A stretch of 64,000 nucleotides of DNA, taken from NCBI GenBank assembly GCA_963737265.1, contig CAVTRY010000023.1, positions 96,001 through 160,000 on the forward strand, given 5' to 3'. This stretch comes from an uncultured delta proteobacterium (GTDB lineage Bacteria; Myxococcota_A; Polyangia; Fen-1088). Position numbers and translations under genes: made by a program. Below are positions 1 to 8,271 of the stretch, piece by piece (position 1 is the stretch's first letter; each line of letters begins with the position of its first letter). The notes beneath the pieces were generated by a model. It worked only from the letters and a program-made list of their open reading frames with translations. It had not been told where the DNA came from and did not search any database.

Positions 1-363
1 GAACGCGATGGCGGCGTTGGCGGCGAGCCCGCTGGCGAAGAAGACCAGCAAAAAGCGGCGACGGCCAAAGGCACGCTCGATGGTGGCGCCCACGAACCAG
101 AGGCCGATCAAGTCGAAGACGAAACTCCACCAATCAAGGTGGACAAAGAGCGCCGTCGCTGGCTGCCACAATTCGCCCGACGCGACCAGTGGTCCCAAGG
201 CCAGATGCTCCGCGATGGGGGCGCGCAAGCCGCTGACCATGACGTAGAAGGCAAAAACGACCGCCTGGACAACCACCAGATTCCGGATGGTGGGCGGTAG
301 CCGTTCGGCGATGGGGCGCATCCAGGCGGGCGCCGGATTTCGACCAGAGGAGTAACCGGGCAT
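1..363 (-). CDS. Rhomboid-family intramembrane protein (partial; 3' end runs off the window)
   Basis: Own translation from ATG at 363: MPGYSSGRNP...LPPTIRNLVVVQAVVF...GELWQPATALFVHLDWWSFVFDLIGLWFVGATIERAFGRRRFLLVFFASG. This matches the rhomboid L1/TM2 pattern (WQ..T..F.H...LW..G..IER..G..RF). Not in the ORF track. Confidence 0.75.
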   Translation of the reverse strand, partial: MPGYSSGRNPAPAWMRPIAERLPPTIRNLVVVQAVVFAFYVMVSGLRAPIAEHLALGPLVASGELWQPATALFVHLDWWSFVFDLIGLWFVGATIERAFGRRRFLLVFFASGLAANAAIAF

Positions 364-423
364 GCTTGCCATAGGCTAGCACCAATGCGGCCATCGTGAG
401 GATAGCCGATCGGAGTTCCATGG

Positions 424-906
424 CTATTTCGTACACACTTTGGTGCTGTCCGAGCCGCCGCAGTCGGCCGCGCAGTCCGCATGCACGATCATGGCGTCGA
501 GCTGGGCGACCCGACCCCTGACCACGTCGCGCACCTCGATATCGGCGCCGCCTCCGGCGCTGCACGTTCCGGCCTCGCCGCTGGTCAGGTCGTTGCCGTC
601 GGCGCCGACGGGCACGAGCGAGATGGAATAGGTTCCCGGAGGAATCTCGAAGCGCGTGGCTCCGCTCTGCTTGTTGCACGAAAAGGCGCAAGTTGCGCGG
701 CCTTCGCAAGGATCGGCCCCGCCCGCAGTCGGTTCAAGCTTCAAGCGAACCTCGGCCACGGGAGGGCAGGTGCAGTCGCAGTTCGCGATGACCCGTCCGA
801 TACCGTCGTTGGTCGCCACGATCCAGCTCGCCTCGACGGCGCCACCGTCGATGGTCGTGCAGCCGGGGCTCGCAAAAAGAAGCGCAATCAGTGCGACTCG
901 ATTCAT
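424..906 (-). CDS. Cys-rich predicted lipoprotein, unknown function
   Basis: Signal with lipobox-like ASPG-C; many Cys; 160 aa. Confidence 0.7.
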   Translation of the reverse strand: MNRVALIALLFASPGCTTIDGGAVEASWIVATNDGIGRVIANCDCTCPPVAEVRLKLEPTAGGADPCEGRATCAFSCNKQSGATRFEIPPGTYSISLVPVGADGNDLTSGEAGTCSAGGGADIEVRDVVRGRVAQLDAMIVHADCAADCGGSDSTKVCTK

Positions 907-1004
907 AAAATCGAGGTTAGATTAGCAGGATTCCTGGCCAGGCAACCCGCCGAATCCAGGTCGAGAGCTCATCGAACGAATGTCGAGACAGAAGGAGACC
1001 CCCA

Positions 1005-1724
1005 ATGATTCACGTCCTTTTGCAAGCGGGCGGCGCGGGAGACAAGCTGGACATTGTTTCCTTGATTACCCACGCCGGCGCGGTTCCCAAGGCCGTGCTG
1101 GGCCTGCTGGCGCTGATGTCGCTCATTTCCTGGTATGTGATTGGCTCGAAATGGCTGTACCTGGCCCGCGCCTACCGCCGGTCGATCCATTTCGTCGAGA
1201 AATTCTGGGACAGCAGCCTCGACGAGATGTGGAAGCAGGCCGACGCGTCGCCGCCCTCTCCCGTCAGCGAGGTTTTCCGCGCCGGCTACCTGGAGCTTGT
1301 CAAATTGCGCAAACGGCGCGCCCAGGCCGCCACCGAAGGCAAGGCCGAGGAGAGCGGTCTCGGTGACATCGAAAGCGTCGAGCGCGCGCTGTCGCGTGCC
1401 CGCACCATGGCCATCACCGAAATGGAAAACAAGGTGCCGTTCCTCGCCACCACCGCCAGCGCCGCGCCGTTCATCGGCCTGTTTGGCACGGTGTGGGGAA
1501 TCATGAATTCGTTCCGCAACATCGGCGCCAAGGGCGCGGCCAACCTGGCCACCGTGGCACCTGGCATCGCCGAAGCCCTGGTGGCGACCGCCATCGGCCT
1601 GGTTGCCGCCATCCCCGCCGTCATGGGCTACAATTACCTGTCGCGAAAAATCCGCGTGATTTCGGCTGAGATGGAGACCTTCACCAACGACTTCCTCAAC
1701 ATCATCCGGAGGAGGTTCTTTTAG
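1005..1724 (+). CDS. tolQ: TolQ (MotA/TolQ/ExbB proton channel)
   Basis: APFIGLFGTVWGIM and VAPGIAEALVATAIGL motifs; AAGGAG RBS upstream. Confidence 0.93.
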   Translation: MIHVLLQAGGAGDKLDIVSLITHAGAVPKAVLGLLALMSLISWYVIGSKWLYLARAYRRSIHFVEKFWDSSLDEMWKQADASPPSPVSEVFRAGYLELVKLRKRRAQAATEGKAEESGLGDIESVERALSRARTMAITEMENKVPFLATTASAAPFIGLFGTVWGIMNSFRNIGAKGAANLATVAPGIAEALVATAIGLVAAIPAVMGYNYLSRKIRVISAEMETFTNDFLNIIRRRFF

Positions 1725-1726
1725 CC

Positions 1727-2140
1727 ATGGCCATGGGTACAGGTGGCGGTCGGGAAACCGGGACGCTTTCCGAGATCAATGTCACGCCGCTTGTCGACGT
1801 GATGTTGGTGTTGCTCATCGTCTTCATGGTCACGGCGCCCATCATGCAAACCGGCGTGGACGTGACCCTGCCCGAGGCAAAGGCCCAGACCGTTCCCGAC
1901 GAGAGCGGCAAGCTCATCGTCACCATGACCAAGGACAAGCGGGTCTTCATCGGCCGCATGGAAATCCCGTTCGCCGATGTGGAGACCAAGTTGCGCGCCA
2001 ACGCCAAGCTGCAGGCCGACCATGAGGCGTACCTGCATGCCGACACCAACCTGTCCTACGGCGACGTGGTCAAGGTCATGGCGGCGATCAAGCTGGCGGG
2101 CGGCGATAAAATGGGACTCATCACCGATCCCATGGAGTAA
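1727..2140 (+). CDS. tolR: TolR/ExbD
   Basis: EINVTPLVDVMLVLLIVFMVTAP signature; follows tolQ. Confidence 0.93.
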   Translation: MAMGTGGGRETGTLSEINVTPLVDVMLVLLIVFMVTAPIMQTGVDVTLPEAKAQTVPDESGKLIVTMTKDKRVFIGRMEIPFADVETKLRANAKLQADHEAYLHADTNLSYGDVVKVMAAIKLAGGDKMGLITDPME

Positions 2141-2142
2141 TT

Positions 2143-2868
2143 GTGAGCGCCGCGATTCAAAGCCGCATTCGTCCGCTTGGCCGTGGCAGCTCGCTCGGAG
2201 GCATCGCCGCGACGGTGCTGATTCACGTCAGCCTGGTGGCTCTCATCTACTTCGCGCACATCAAGTCGCCGCCACCCCTCGAAGCTCCGCGCGACATGAT
2301 CGTGACCACTCTGGTTGCGTTCGGAAAACCGCGCGACAAGTTCTGGCTGCCGCGCATCGTGCAGCCGCCGCGACCCAAGGCACCCGCACCCACCCTGAAT
2401 CTCACCGACGATCCCAATGCGGCCCCGGCGCCCAAGGAGGCGCCCAAGATCGACGACGCCGACATTTCCAAGGACATGCGCCGCGCCCTCAAACGCGCCC
2501 AACTTTTGGCCCAGGCCACCGAGGAGCCGGCCGAAGGAGCGCTTACCGGATCCACTGAAGGCACCTCCACCCAGGGCGTGAGCGGCGACGCGTACGCGAC
2601 CGCCATCTTCACCGCGATTCGCAGCAACTGGGTGACGCCCACCGGCCTCATCACCGACTCCGAGCTGGCCGAGCTTGTGGCGAAAGTCCGCCTGACCATC
2701 GGCGAGGACGGTACCCTGTCCAATCCCATCGTGCAGAAGTCGTCGGGAAACCAGTACTTCGATGACTCGTGCATCCAGGCGGTGAAAGCCACGGGCAAGG
2801 TCCCGCCACCACCCGCCAAATTCAAGCATATCGTTCTAACGTTTGAAGGTAGCAAGCTGGCGCGATAG
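2143..2868 (+). CDS. TolA/TonB-like energy transducer
   Basis: N-terminal TM with His, Pro-rich linker, C-terminal IRSNW...SSGNQYFDDSCIQAV (TonB_2-like); lies between tolR and tolB. Confidence 0.85.
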   Translation: MSAAIQSRIRPLGRGSSLGGIAATVLIHVSLVALIYFAHIKSPPPLEAPRDMIVTTLVAFGKPRDKFWLPRIVQPPRPKAPAPTLNLTDDPNAAPAPKEAPKIDDADISKDMRRALKRAQLLAQATEEPAEGALTGSTEGTSTQGVSGDAYATAIFTAIRSNWVTPTGLITDSELAELVAKVRLTIGEDGTLSNPIVQKSSGNQYFDDSCIQAVKATGKVPPPPAKFKHIVLTFEGSKLAR

Positions 2869-2912
2869 ACAGGGACATGACCCGCCACCCACATGGTCAA
2901 GAAGGATCGGGA

Positions 2913-4223
2913 ATGAAGAAGCACGTACTCTCGGCTGGAATTCTGCTCGCGGTGGTCGCGGCACCCGGGCTCGCGCAAGCCGCGGATCAATCCGCGGAGG
3001 TGGAAGATCTCCCGCAGATCACCATCACCGATCCCAACCGCGACCTGTTTCGGCTTGGCCTTCCCAACGCCATTGGCGATGCGGACCTCGCCGGCACGGC
3101 AGTCGAAGTCGAGCGACGCGATCTGGATCTGGTCGGTCTCTTCCGCGTGCTCGATCCGGCCTCGTTTCCCGACTCGCTGGTGAATGAGGGCTTAGGCTTC
3201 TCGTCGGATCTGTGGTCGCAGATGGGCGCGCAAGGCGTGGCCAAGCTGCGCACCACCCACGACAGCGCCGGCGTGGTCGTGGAAGGACGCCTGTACCAAG
3301 TCGGCCGCGGCGATGCGGCGGTGCTGACCAAAACCTATCGCGGGTCCGAGTTGCGACCGCTGGTGCACATGTGGGCCAACGACGTCATCGCCCAATTCAC
3401 CGGCACGCGCGGCGTGTTCGGTTCGCGCATCGCCTTCGCCATGACCGGCAAGAATCCCGAAATCGCCACCATCGGGATGGACGGTCAAGAGCTGAAGGTA
3501 GTCACGCAAATGAAATCGGCGTGCCTCTTGCCAGCCTTCTCGCCGACCGGCGGCCAGATCGCGTTCAATTCCTTCCTGCGTGGAGGCGCCGATCTTTGGT
3601 TGGTTTCCGCCAGCGGCGGTCGGGCGCGCCGCATTTCCAGCCTGCCCGGACTCAACACCGGGCCGGCATGGTTTCCCGGCGGCAGCACGCTGGTCGCCAC
3701 GCTTTCCTACGAAGGCAACGCCGAGCTCTACAAGCTTTCGGCGGCGGACGGCCGCGTGATAGCTCGCCTGACCAATGCGCCCGCCATCGACAGCTCGGCC
3801 TCGGTTTCTCCCGGTGGCGACCAAATCGCCTTCGTGTCCGACCGTCAGGGCACGCCGCAAATCTACGTCATGCCGTCGTCCGGCGGCTCGGCCCGTCGGC
3901 TCACCTACCAAGGCAACTACAACCAGACGCCGCATTTCTGTCCGCGCAAGGACACGCCTGTCATTGCCTTCACCGGCCGCGACGAGCGCCTGAATTTCGA
4001 CGTCTTTTTGTATGACTTGCGCAGTGGAAAAATCGACCGCGTAACCCAGGGGAAGGGTTCGAATTCCGATCCGTCTTGGTCGCCCGACGGCCGATTGCTC
4101 GTCTATGCCTCGAGCCGCGGCGGCCTGTTCGTCATGAACCTGCAAACCCGGCGCGAGTTCCAGATTTACAAAGGCGGTGCCAAGAACCCGTCGTGGGGCC
4201 CGCCGCCCGCCGAATCGAGGTAG
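2913..4223 (+). CDS. tolB: TolB beta-propeller
   Basis: Signal peptide; PD40-like repeats (PAFSPTGGQIAF, IAFVSDRQGTPQIY, PSWSPDGRLLVY); alternative start 2877. Confidence 0.9.
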   Translation: MKKHVLSAGILLAVVAAPGLAQAADQSAEVEDLPQITITDPNRDLFRLGLPNAIGDADLAGTAVEVERRDLDLVGLFRVLDPASFPDSLVNEGLGFSSDLWSQMGAQGVAKLRTTHDSAGVVVEGRLYQVGRGDAAVLTKTYRGSELRPLVHMWANDVIAQFTGTRGVFGSRIAFAMTGKNPEIATIGMDGQELKVVTQMKSACLLPAFSPTGGQIAFNSFLRGGADLWLVSASGGRARRISSLPGLNTGPAWFPGGSTLVATLSYEGNAELYKLSAADGRVIARLTNAPAIDSSASVSPGGDQIAFVSDRQGTPQIYVMPSSGGSARRLTYQGNYNQTPHFCPRKDTPVIAFTGRDERLNFDVFLYDLRSGKIDRVTQGKGSNSDPSWSPDGRLLVYASSRGGLFVMNLQTRREFQIYKGGAKNPSWGPPPAESR

Positions 4224-4226
4224 GCC

Positions 4227-5165
4227 GTGCGCCTCGCCACCATCGACATCGGAACCAACACCACGTTGCTGCTTGTCGCCGAAATCGGCGACGGCCTCAC
4301 GGACTATGTCCGCGTGCTGTGCGAACGCGCCGAAATCACGCGCCTCGGTCGCGGTATCGGCGCCGACGGCGGACTCGGCCAGCAGGGCATCGACCGCACG
4401 CTTGCCGTGCTCGCCGAATATGCATCGCTCGCACGCGCGCACGACTCCACCATCCACGCCATCGGCACCGAAGCCTTGCGACGCGCGCCCAATGCCCAGG
4501 CCTTTCTCACGCCGGCCGGCAAGATTCTCGACACACCTGTTGAAGTCATCGATGGCGATCGCGAGGCCGCGCTCACCTTTCTCGCCGCCCTACGCTCGTT
4601 TCCGGAGGTTGCCTCCGGCCACACGATCGTCATCGACATCGGCGGCGGCTCCACGGAGATCATCGTCGCGCGCGCGGGCCGCATGGAATTTCGCCGCAGT
4701 CTTCCCTTGGGCTCGGTTCGCCTGACGGAAAAACATATTCGCAGCGACCCGGCCACCAATGCCGAAATCGACGCAGTCACGGGCGAGGTGGCAGCGCAGC
4801 TCGCGAACATTCCCTTCCCTGGCGGCCCGCTTTCGCTCATCGGAACCGCCGGCACCGTGACGACGCTCGCCGCCATGTCGCTTGGACTCGCGAGCTACGA
4901 TGCCCAGCTCGTTCACGGCCATCGCCTGACGCTACCCGCTCTCGACGAGCAGATGTCCCGTTTGCGAACATCGACGCAAGTCGAACGCGAGAAGATGCCG
5001 GGCCTGGATGCCAAGCGCGCCGACGTGATCCTGGCCGGTGCTTGCATCCTGAAAAACATCGCCGGGCGTGCGCGCGTTGCGGAAATCCTGGTAAGCGACC
5101 GCGGCATTCGCTGGGGACTTTTGTTCGAGAAGGCAGCCATTGGCGCAACACCCGCCAAAACTTAG
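4227..5165 (+). CDS. Ppx/GppA family phosphatase
   Basis: IDIGTNT, DIGGGSTE, LGSVRLTE, GTAGT, RADVILAG motifs. Confidence 0.92.
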   Translation: MRLATIDIGTNTTLLLVAEIGDGLTDYVRVLCERAEITRLGRGIGADGGLGQQGIDRTLAVLAEYASLARAHDSTIHAIGTEALRRAPNAQAFLTPAGKILDTPVEVIDGDREAALTFLAALRSFPEVASGHTIVIDIGGGSTEIIVARAGRMEFRRSLPLGSVRLTEKHIRSDPATNAEIDAVTGEVAAQLANIPFPGGPLSLIGTAGTVTTLAAMSLGLASYDAQLVHGHRLTLPALDEQMSRLRTSTQVEREKMPGLDAKRADVILAGACILKNIAGRARVAEILVSDRGIRWGLLFEKAAIGATPAKT

Positions 5166-5227
5166 GTTCCGGGCCCTGTTCCTGCCGGGACCTTGCGAGC
5201 AGGAGCTTCTGCCGATAGCCTTACCGC

Positions 5228-5890
5228 GTGCCAGTCGTGCCCCAAAACTTTCACCTTGTCCTTGTCGGCGCGGTCTTGATGCTCGCGGCCTCCGCGTGCA
5301 AACCGCGCATCCAAGCCATCGACACGCCTTTTGCCGACAATTTCGAGCGCATCGAGGTCGGTCCAGATTGGCTCGACACGAGCGGCGGCGCGAAAATCAA
5401 GGACGGCAAGCTCAACCTCGTGCGCGCCTACAACCACCCAGTGTGGCTGCGTCGAAAGTTGCCCCGCAACGTGCAGATCGACTTCGACGCGGTCTCGAGG
5501 AGCCCGGCCGGCGATCTGAAGGTCGAGCTCTTCGGCGACGGAGAATCCTTCGATCCCGACAAGGGACGCTACGATCCCACGAGTTACATGATCATCATGG
5601 GCGGCTGGAACAACAGCAAGAGCATCATCAGCCGACTCGGCGAGCACGACGAAGCGGTCAAGGCCGCGCGCGATCGCCAAGGCGCCCAGCCCCTGGTTGA
5701 GCTCGGCCGAACCTATCACTTCACCATCACGCGTCGGGGGGGGCTCATCGACTGGAAGGTCGACAACCTCCCCTATCTCGCCTGGGACGACCCGCAACCC
5801 CTGGCAGGTTCTGGGCACGAGTTCTTCGCCATCAACGACTGGGACGCCGACGTCAGCTTCGACAACTTGTCCATTCGGCGCGCGGAATAG
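5228..5890 (+). CDS. Predicted lipoprotein, probable beta-sandwich (concanavalin-like) domain
   Basis: Lipobox ASAC; FADNFER start and VSFDNLSI end typical of such folds. Confidence 0.7.
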   Translation: MPVVPQNFHLVLVGAVLMLAASACKPRIQAIDTPFADNFERIEVGPDWLDTSGGAKIKDGKLNLVRAYNHPVWLRRKLPRNVQIDFDAVSRSPAGDLKVELFGDGESFDPDKGRYDPTSYMIIMGGWNNSKSIISRLGEHDEAVKAARDRQGAQPLVELGRTYHFTITRRGGLIDWKVDNLPYLAWDDPQPLAGSGHEFFAINDWDADVSFDNLSIRRAE

Positions 5891-5892
5891 CC

Positions 5893-7008
5893 ATGAAACA
5901 TCGAAAAAATCAGCCCTCAGAGGAATTCGCCTCCTCCAACAGCGGGCTGTTCACGCCCGAACCACGCACCGGCGCTCAATCCGATCTCGGGATTGCCGAT
6001 TTCAACCTGGGCAAGGGCATCGAGCTATTGCGAGGACGCAGCAACCTGCTCATCTACATGCACGACAATCCCGATCCCGATGCGATGGCCGCGGCGATGG
6101 GACTCAAACACCTCGTCGAGAACACCACCGAGATCAATGCCACGCTGGCCTTGGGCGGAATCGTCGGCCGCGCCGAAAACCGCGCCATGGTCGACAAACT
6201 GAAGGTGCCTCTCATCCCGGCCGAAGTGCTCAACACCGACCACTTCGACACCATCGCCGTGGTCGACAGCCAGCCCGGCACCGGCAACAACTCGCTCCCG
6301 TCCACGCGCTCTGTCGACATCGTCATCGATCACCACCCCGCGCGCGAGGAGAGCGTCCGCGCGCCCTGGTGTGACATCCGCCCGCAGCTCGGTGCGACCT
6401 CGACCATCGTGTTGCAGTACCTGCGCGAACAGAACATTCCGCTCAACACCAGCTTGGCCACGGCTCTCTTTTACGCCATCCGCTCTGAAACTCGCGACCT
6501 CGGCCGTGAAGCCACGCCGGCCGAGCGCGACGCCTATTTGTTCCTCATTCCCATGGTGGACCACCACCTCATGTTCCGCATCCAGCAACCCAAGGTTCCG
6601 CGCGAATACTACGGCGCCCTCGACCGAGCCCTGCGTTCGGCAGAAGCCTGGGGCGACATCATCACCGTCAATCTTGGTATCATGGCCTATCCTGACCTCG
6701 TGGCAGAAGTCGCGGATCTCCTGCTCGACTACGAAGGAGCGCAGTTCGTGCTGTGCTGCGGTCGCTTCGGCAAGCAGGTCTACGTTTCCCTGCGCACAGA
6801 ACCCAGCCAGCGACGCGCGGGCGCGCTCATGCGCCAGCTCATCGGTACCGACGGCGCCGCGGGCGGACACGGCACCACCGCTGGCGGCCGGCTCTTTCTG
6901 CCCGTCACCTCCGACGCCGACCAGCAGAAGACCTTCGAGAATCTCGTCTACCGTCTGCTCGACCTCACCGGCCGCGTCGGATCGCCCCGCATGGCGCTGA
7001 TCGGATAG
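5893..7008 (+). CDS. DHH family phosphoesterase (NrnA-like)
   Basis: HDNPDPDA, VVD, IDHH, and C-terminal GGH..AGG motifs. Confidence 0.9.
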   Translation: MKHRKNQPSEEFASSNSGLFTPEPRTGAQSDLGIADFNLGKGIELLRGRSNLLIYMHDNPDPDAMAAAMGLKHLVENTTEINATLALGGIVGRAENRAMVDKLKVPLIPAEVLNTDHFDTIAVVDSQPGTGNNSLPSTRSVDIVIDHHPAREESVRAPWCDIRPQLGATSTIVLQYLREQNIPLNTSLATALFYAIRSETRDLGREATPAERDAYLFLIPMVDHHLMFRIQQPKVPREYYGALDRALRSAEAWGDIITVNLGIMAYPDLVAEVADLLLDYEGAQFVLCCGRFGKQVYVSLRTEPSQRRAGALMRQLIGTDGAAGGHGTTAGGRLFLPVTSDADQQKTFENLVYRLLDLTGRVGSPRMALIG

Positions 7009-7050
7009 TGTGGAAGCCGCCGACCGGCAACGTTCTCCACGGCACACCTG

Positions 7051-7079
7051 TTGACTTCGCCCGTGCTCTGAGCAAGATT
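7051..7079 (+). promoter_or_regulatory. Possible sigma-70 promoter for the tRNA
   Basis: TTGACT (7051-7056), 17-bp spacer, AAGATT (7074-7079); weak -10 match. Confidence 0.3.
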
Positions 7080-7126
7080 CTCGCCTCCCAAGCATCCTTG
7101 GATGCTGGCTTCCAAAACTGAATAGC

Positions 7127-7207
7127 GCCGGAGTGGCGGAATGGCAAACGCAGCGGATTCAAAATCCGCCGTCGCAAGGCTTGTGGGTTCGACTCCCACC
7201 TCCGGTA
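7127..7207 (+). tRNA. tRNA-Leu (CAA), CCA not encoded
   Basis: Acceptor GCCGGAG/CTCCGGT, anticodon arm GCGGA-TTCAAAA-TCCGC, long variable arm, T-arm GTGGG-TTCGACT-CCCAC, discriminator A. Confidence 0.97.
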
Positions 7208-7250
7208 CAGCTGCATGGCCTTCGCAGTGCTCGTGTTTGCAATCGGGCTC

Positions 7251-7356
7251 GGGGTTGCTGATGAGCCGGTGCCGAGGCCCGTGCAAATCCGCAGGCCACC
7301 GGGGTGCCTCCCTGAAACGGGGGCCCCAGCCGGGGGCTCGGTGAGGTAGCAACTTC
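7251..7356. ncRNA. Candidate structured non-coding RNA of unknown family
   Basis: Closing stem GGGGTTGCT/AGCAACTTC, inner GAGCC/GGCTC, two internal hairpins; no credible ORF. Confidence 0.45.
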
Positions 7357-7383
7357 TGGCGGAGTGCCGCCGAAAACGCAGAT

Positions 7384-7800
7384 ATGGAACAGCGAGGAAC
7401 GGAGAAACAGAGACAGGATGACTTTACTGGGCAAATTATCGCCGCCTGCATCGAAGTCCACCGTCACCTCGGTCCCGGGCTGCTTGAGTCGGCCTACGAG
7501 CACTGCCTGGCGCGCGAGCTAGGCCTGCGTGGATTTCGCACGCAACGTCAGGTCGCGATTCCTCTGCAGTACAAAGGCATTGACCTCGACTGCGGCTATC
7601 GCCTCGACCTCATGGTGGAAGGCCGTTTGGTCGTCGAAGTCAAGACGGTAGAGCAGTTGCTTCCTGTCCCACTTGGCACAGTCATTACCTATCTCAAGCT
7701 CCTACGACTGCCGGTGGGCCTGCTCGTCAATTTCCACGTCCCCGTACTTCGCGAGGGTCTCCGCCGCCTCGTCAACCCAACCCGTGATTCCTCTGGTCCT
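7384..7800 (+). pseudogene. GxxExxY protein (PD-(D/E)XK-like), degenerate, with no stop at the expected position
   Basis: LGPGLLESAYE, YRLDLMVEGRLVVEVK, GLLVNF. The usual HxAQ is replaced by PLGT, and the frame runs on to 8244. Confidence 0.8.
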
Positions 7801-7815
7801 CCGTTCCTCCCTGTT
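7388..7815. repeat. 25-bp imperfect inverted repeat flanking the GxxExxY gene
   Basis: 7388-7412 AACAGCGAGGAACGGAGAAACAGAG vs reverse complement of 7791-7815 AACAGGGAGGAACGGAGGACCAGAG (22/25). Confidence 0.85.
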
Positions 7816-7935
7816 TTTCCCTCCGATCCCACCTGCGCGGGGCGAGGTGAAGCCCCAGCCCCCATTTCAGGGAAGCACCCAGGCCACCGGACTCTGTTGA
7901 CTGGAGGTTGTCGACGCGCCGATACTCGCAGGCCG

Positions 7936-8244
7936 ATGAAGAAGGAGCTAGAAACAAGCCGCCTCTGCGTTGTGCTGCTTGTTGCGAGCACGAGTGGAAC
8001 GGCATGCTTTCGCACTTCCCTCGGAGACTCGCGCGGTCTCACGCCGGATGGCAGCGCTGAGCACCTCGATACTCCGATTCTGATGCGCGTGGGCGACGAC
8101 TCCTCTGGCCGGGCTTCGCCGCCGGCGGGCACCTTCACATCCGTTAGCGCAGGCTATTTGTTTGCCTGCGGGTTGCGCACCGACGGCACCATCGCCTGCT
8201 GGGGCGACAACTCCTTTGCCGAGGCTGCGCCGCCAGCGCCATGA
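7936..8244 (+). pseudogene. Remnant of an RCC1-repeat lipoprotein
   Basis: Signal-like MKK...SGTAC, then only about one repeat (FTSVSAGYLFACGLRTDGTIACWGDN). Confidence 0.6.
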
Positions 8245-8271
8245 AGACGTCCCACTCGCGGAGGATACTGT

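Noticed and set aside
7127-7207. tRNA-anchored island with an att duplication
   Set aside because: No integrase and no convincing repeat of the tRNA 3' end; only a 9-bp match near 50880
7258-7318. Hammerhead ribozyme (CTGATGAG ... GAAAC)
   Set aside because: GAAA does not follow stem II directly and sits in a hairpin loop; stems I and III cannot be formed
7384-8244. Genuine GxxExxY-RCC1 fusion protein
   Set aside because: The linker is translated repeat/intergenic sequence and both parts are degenerate
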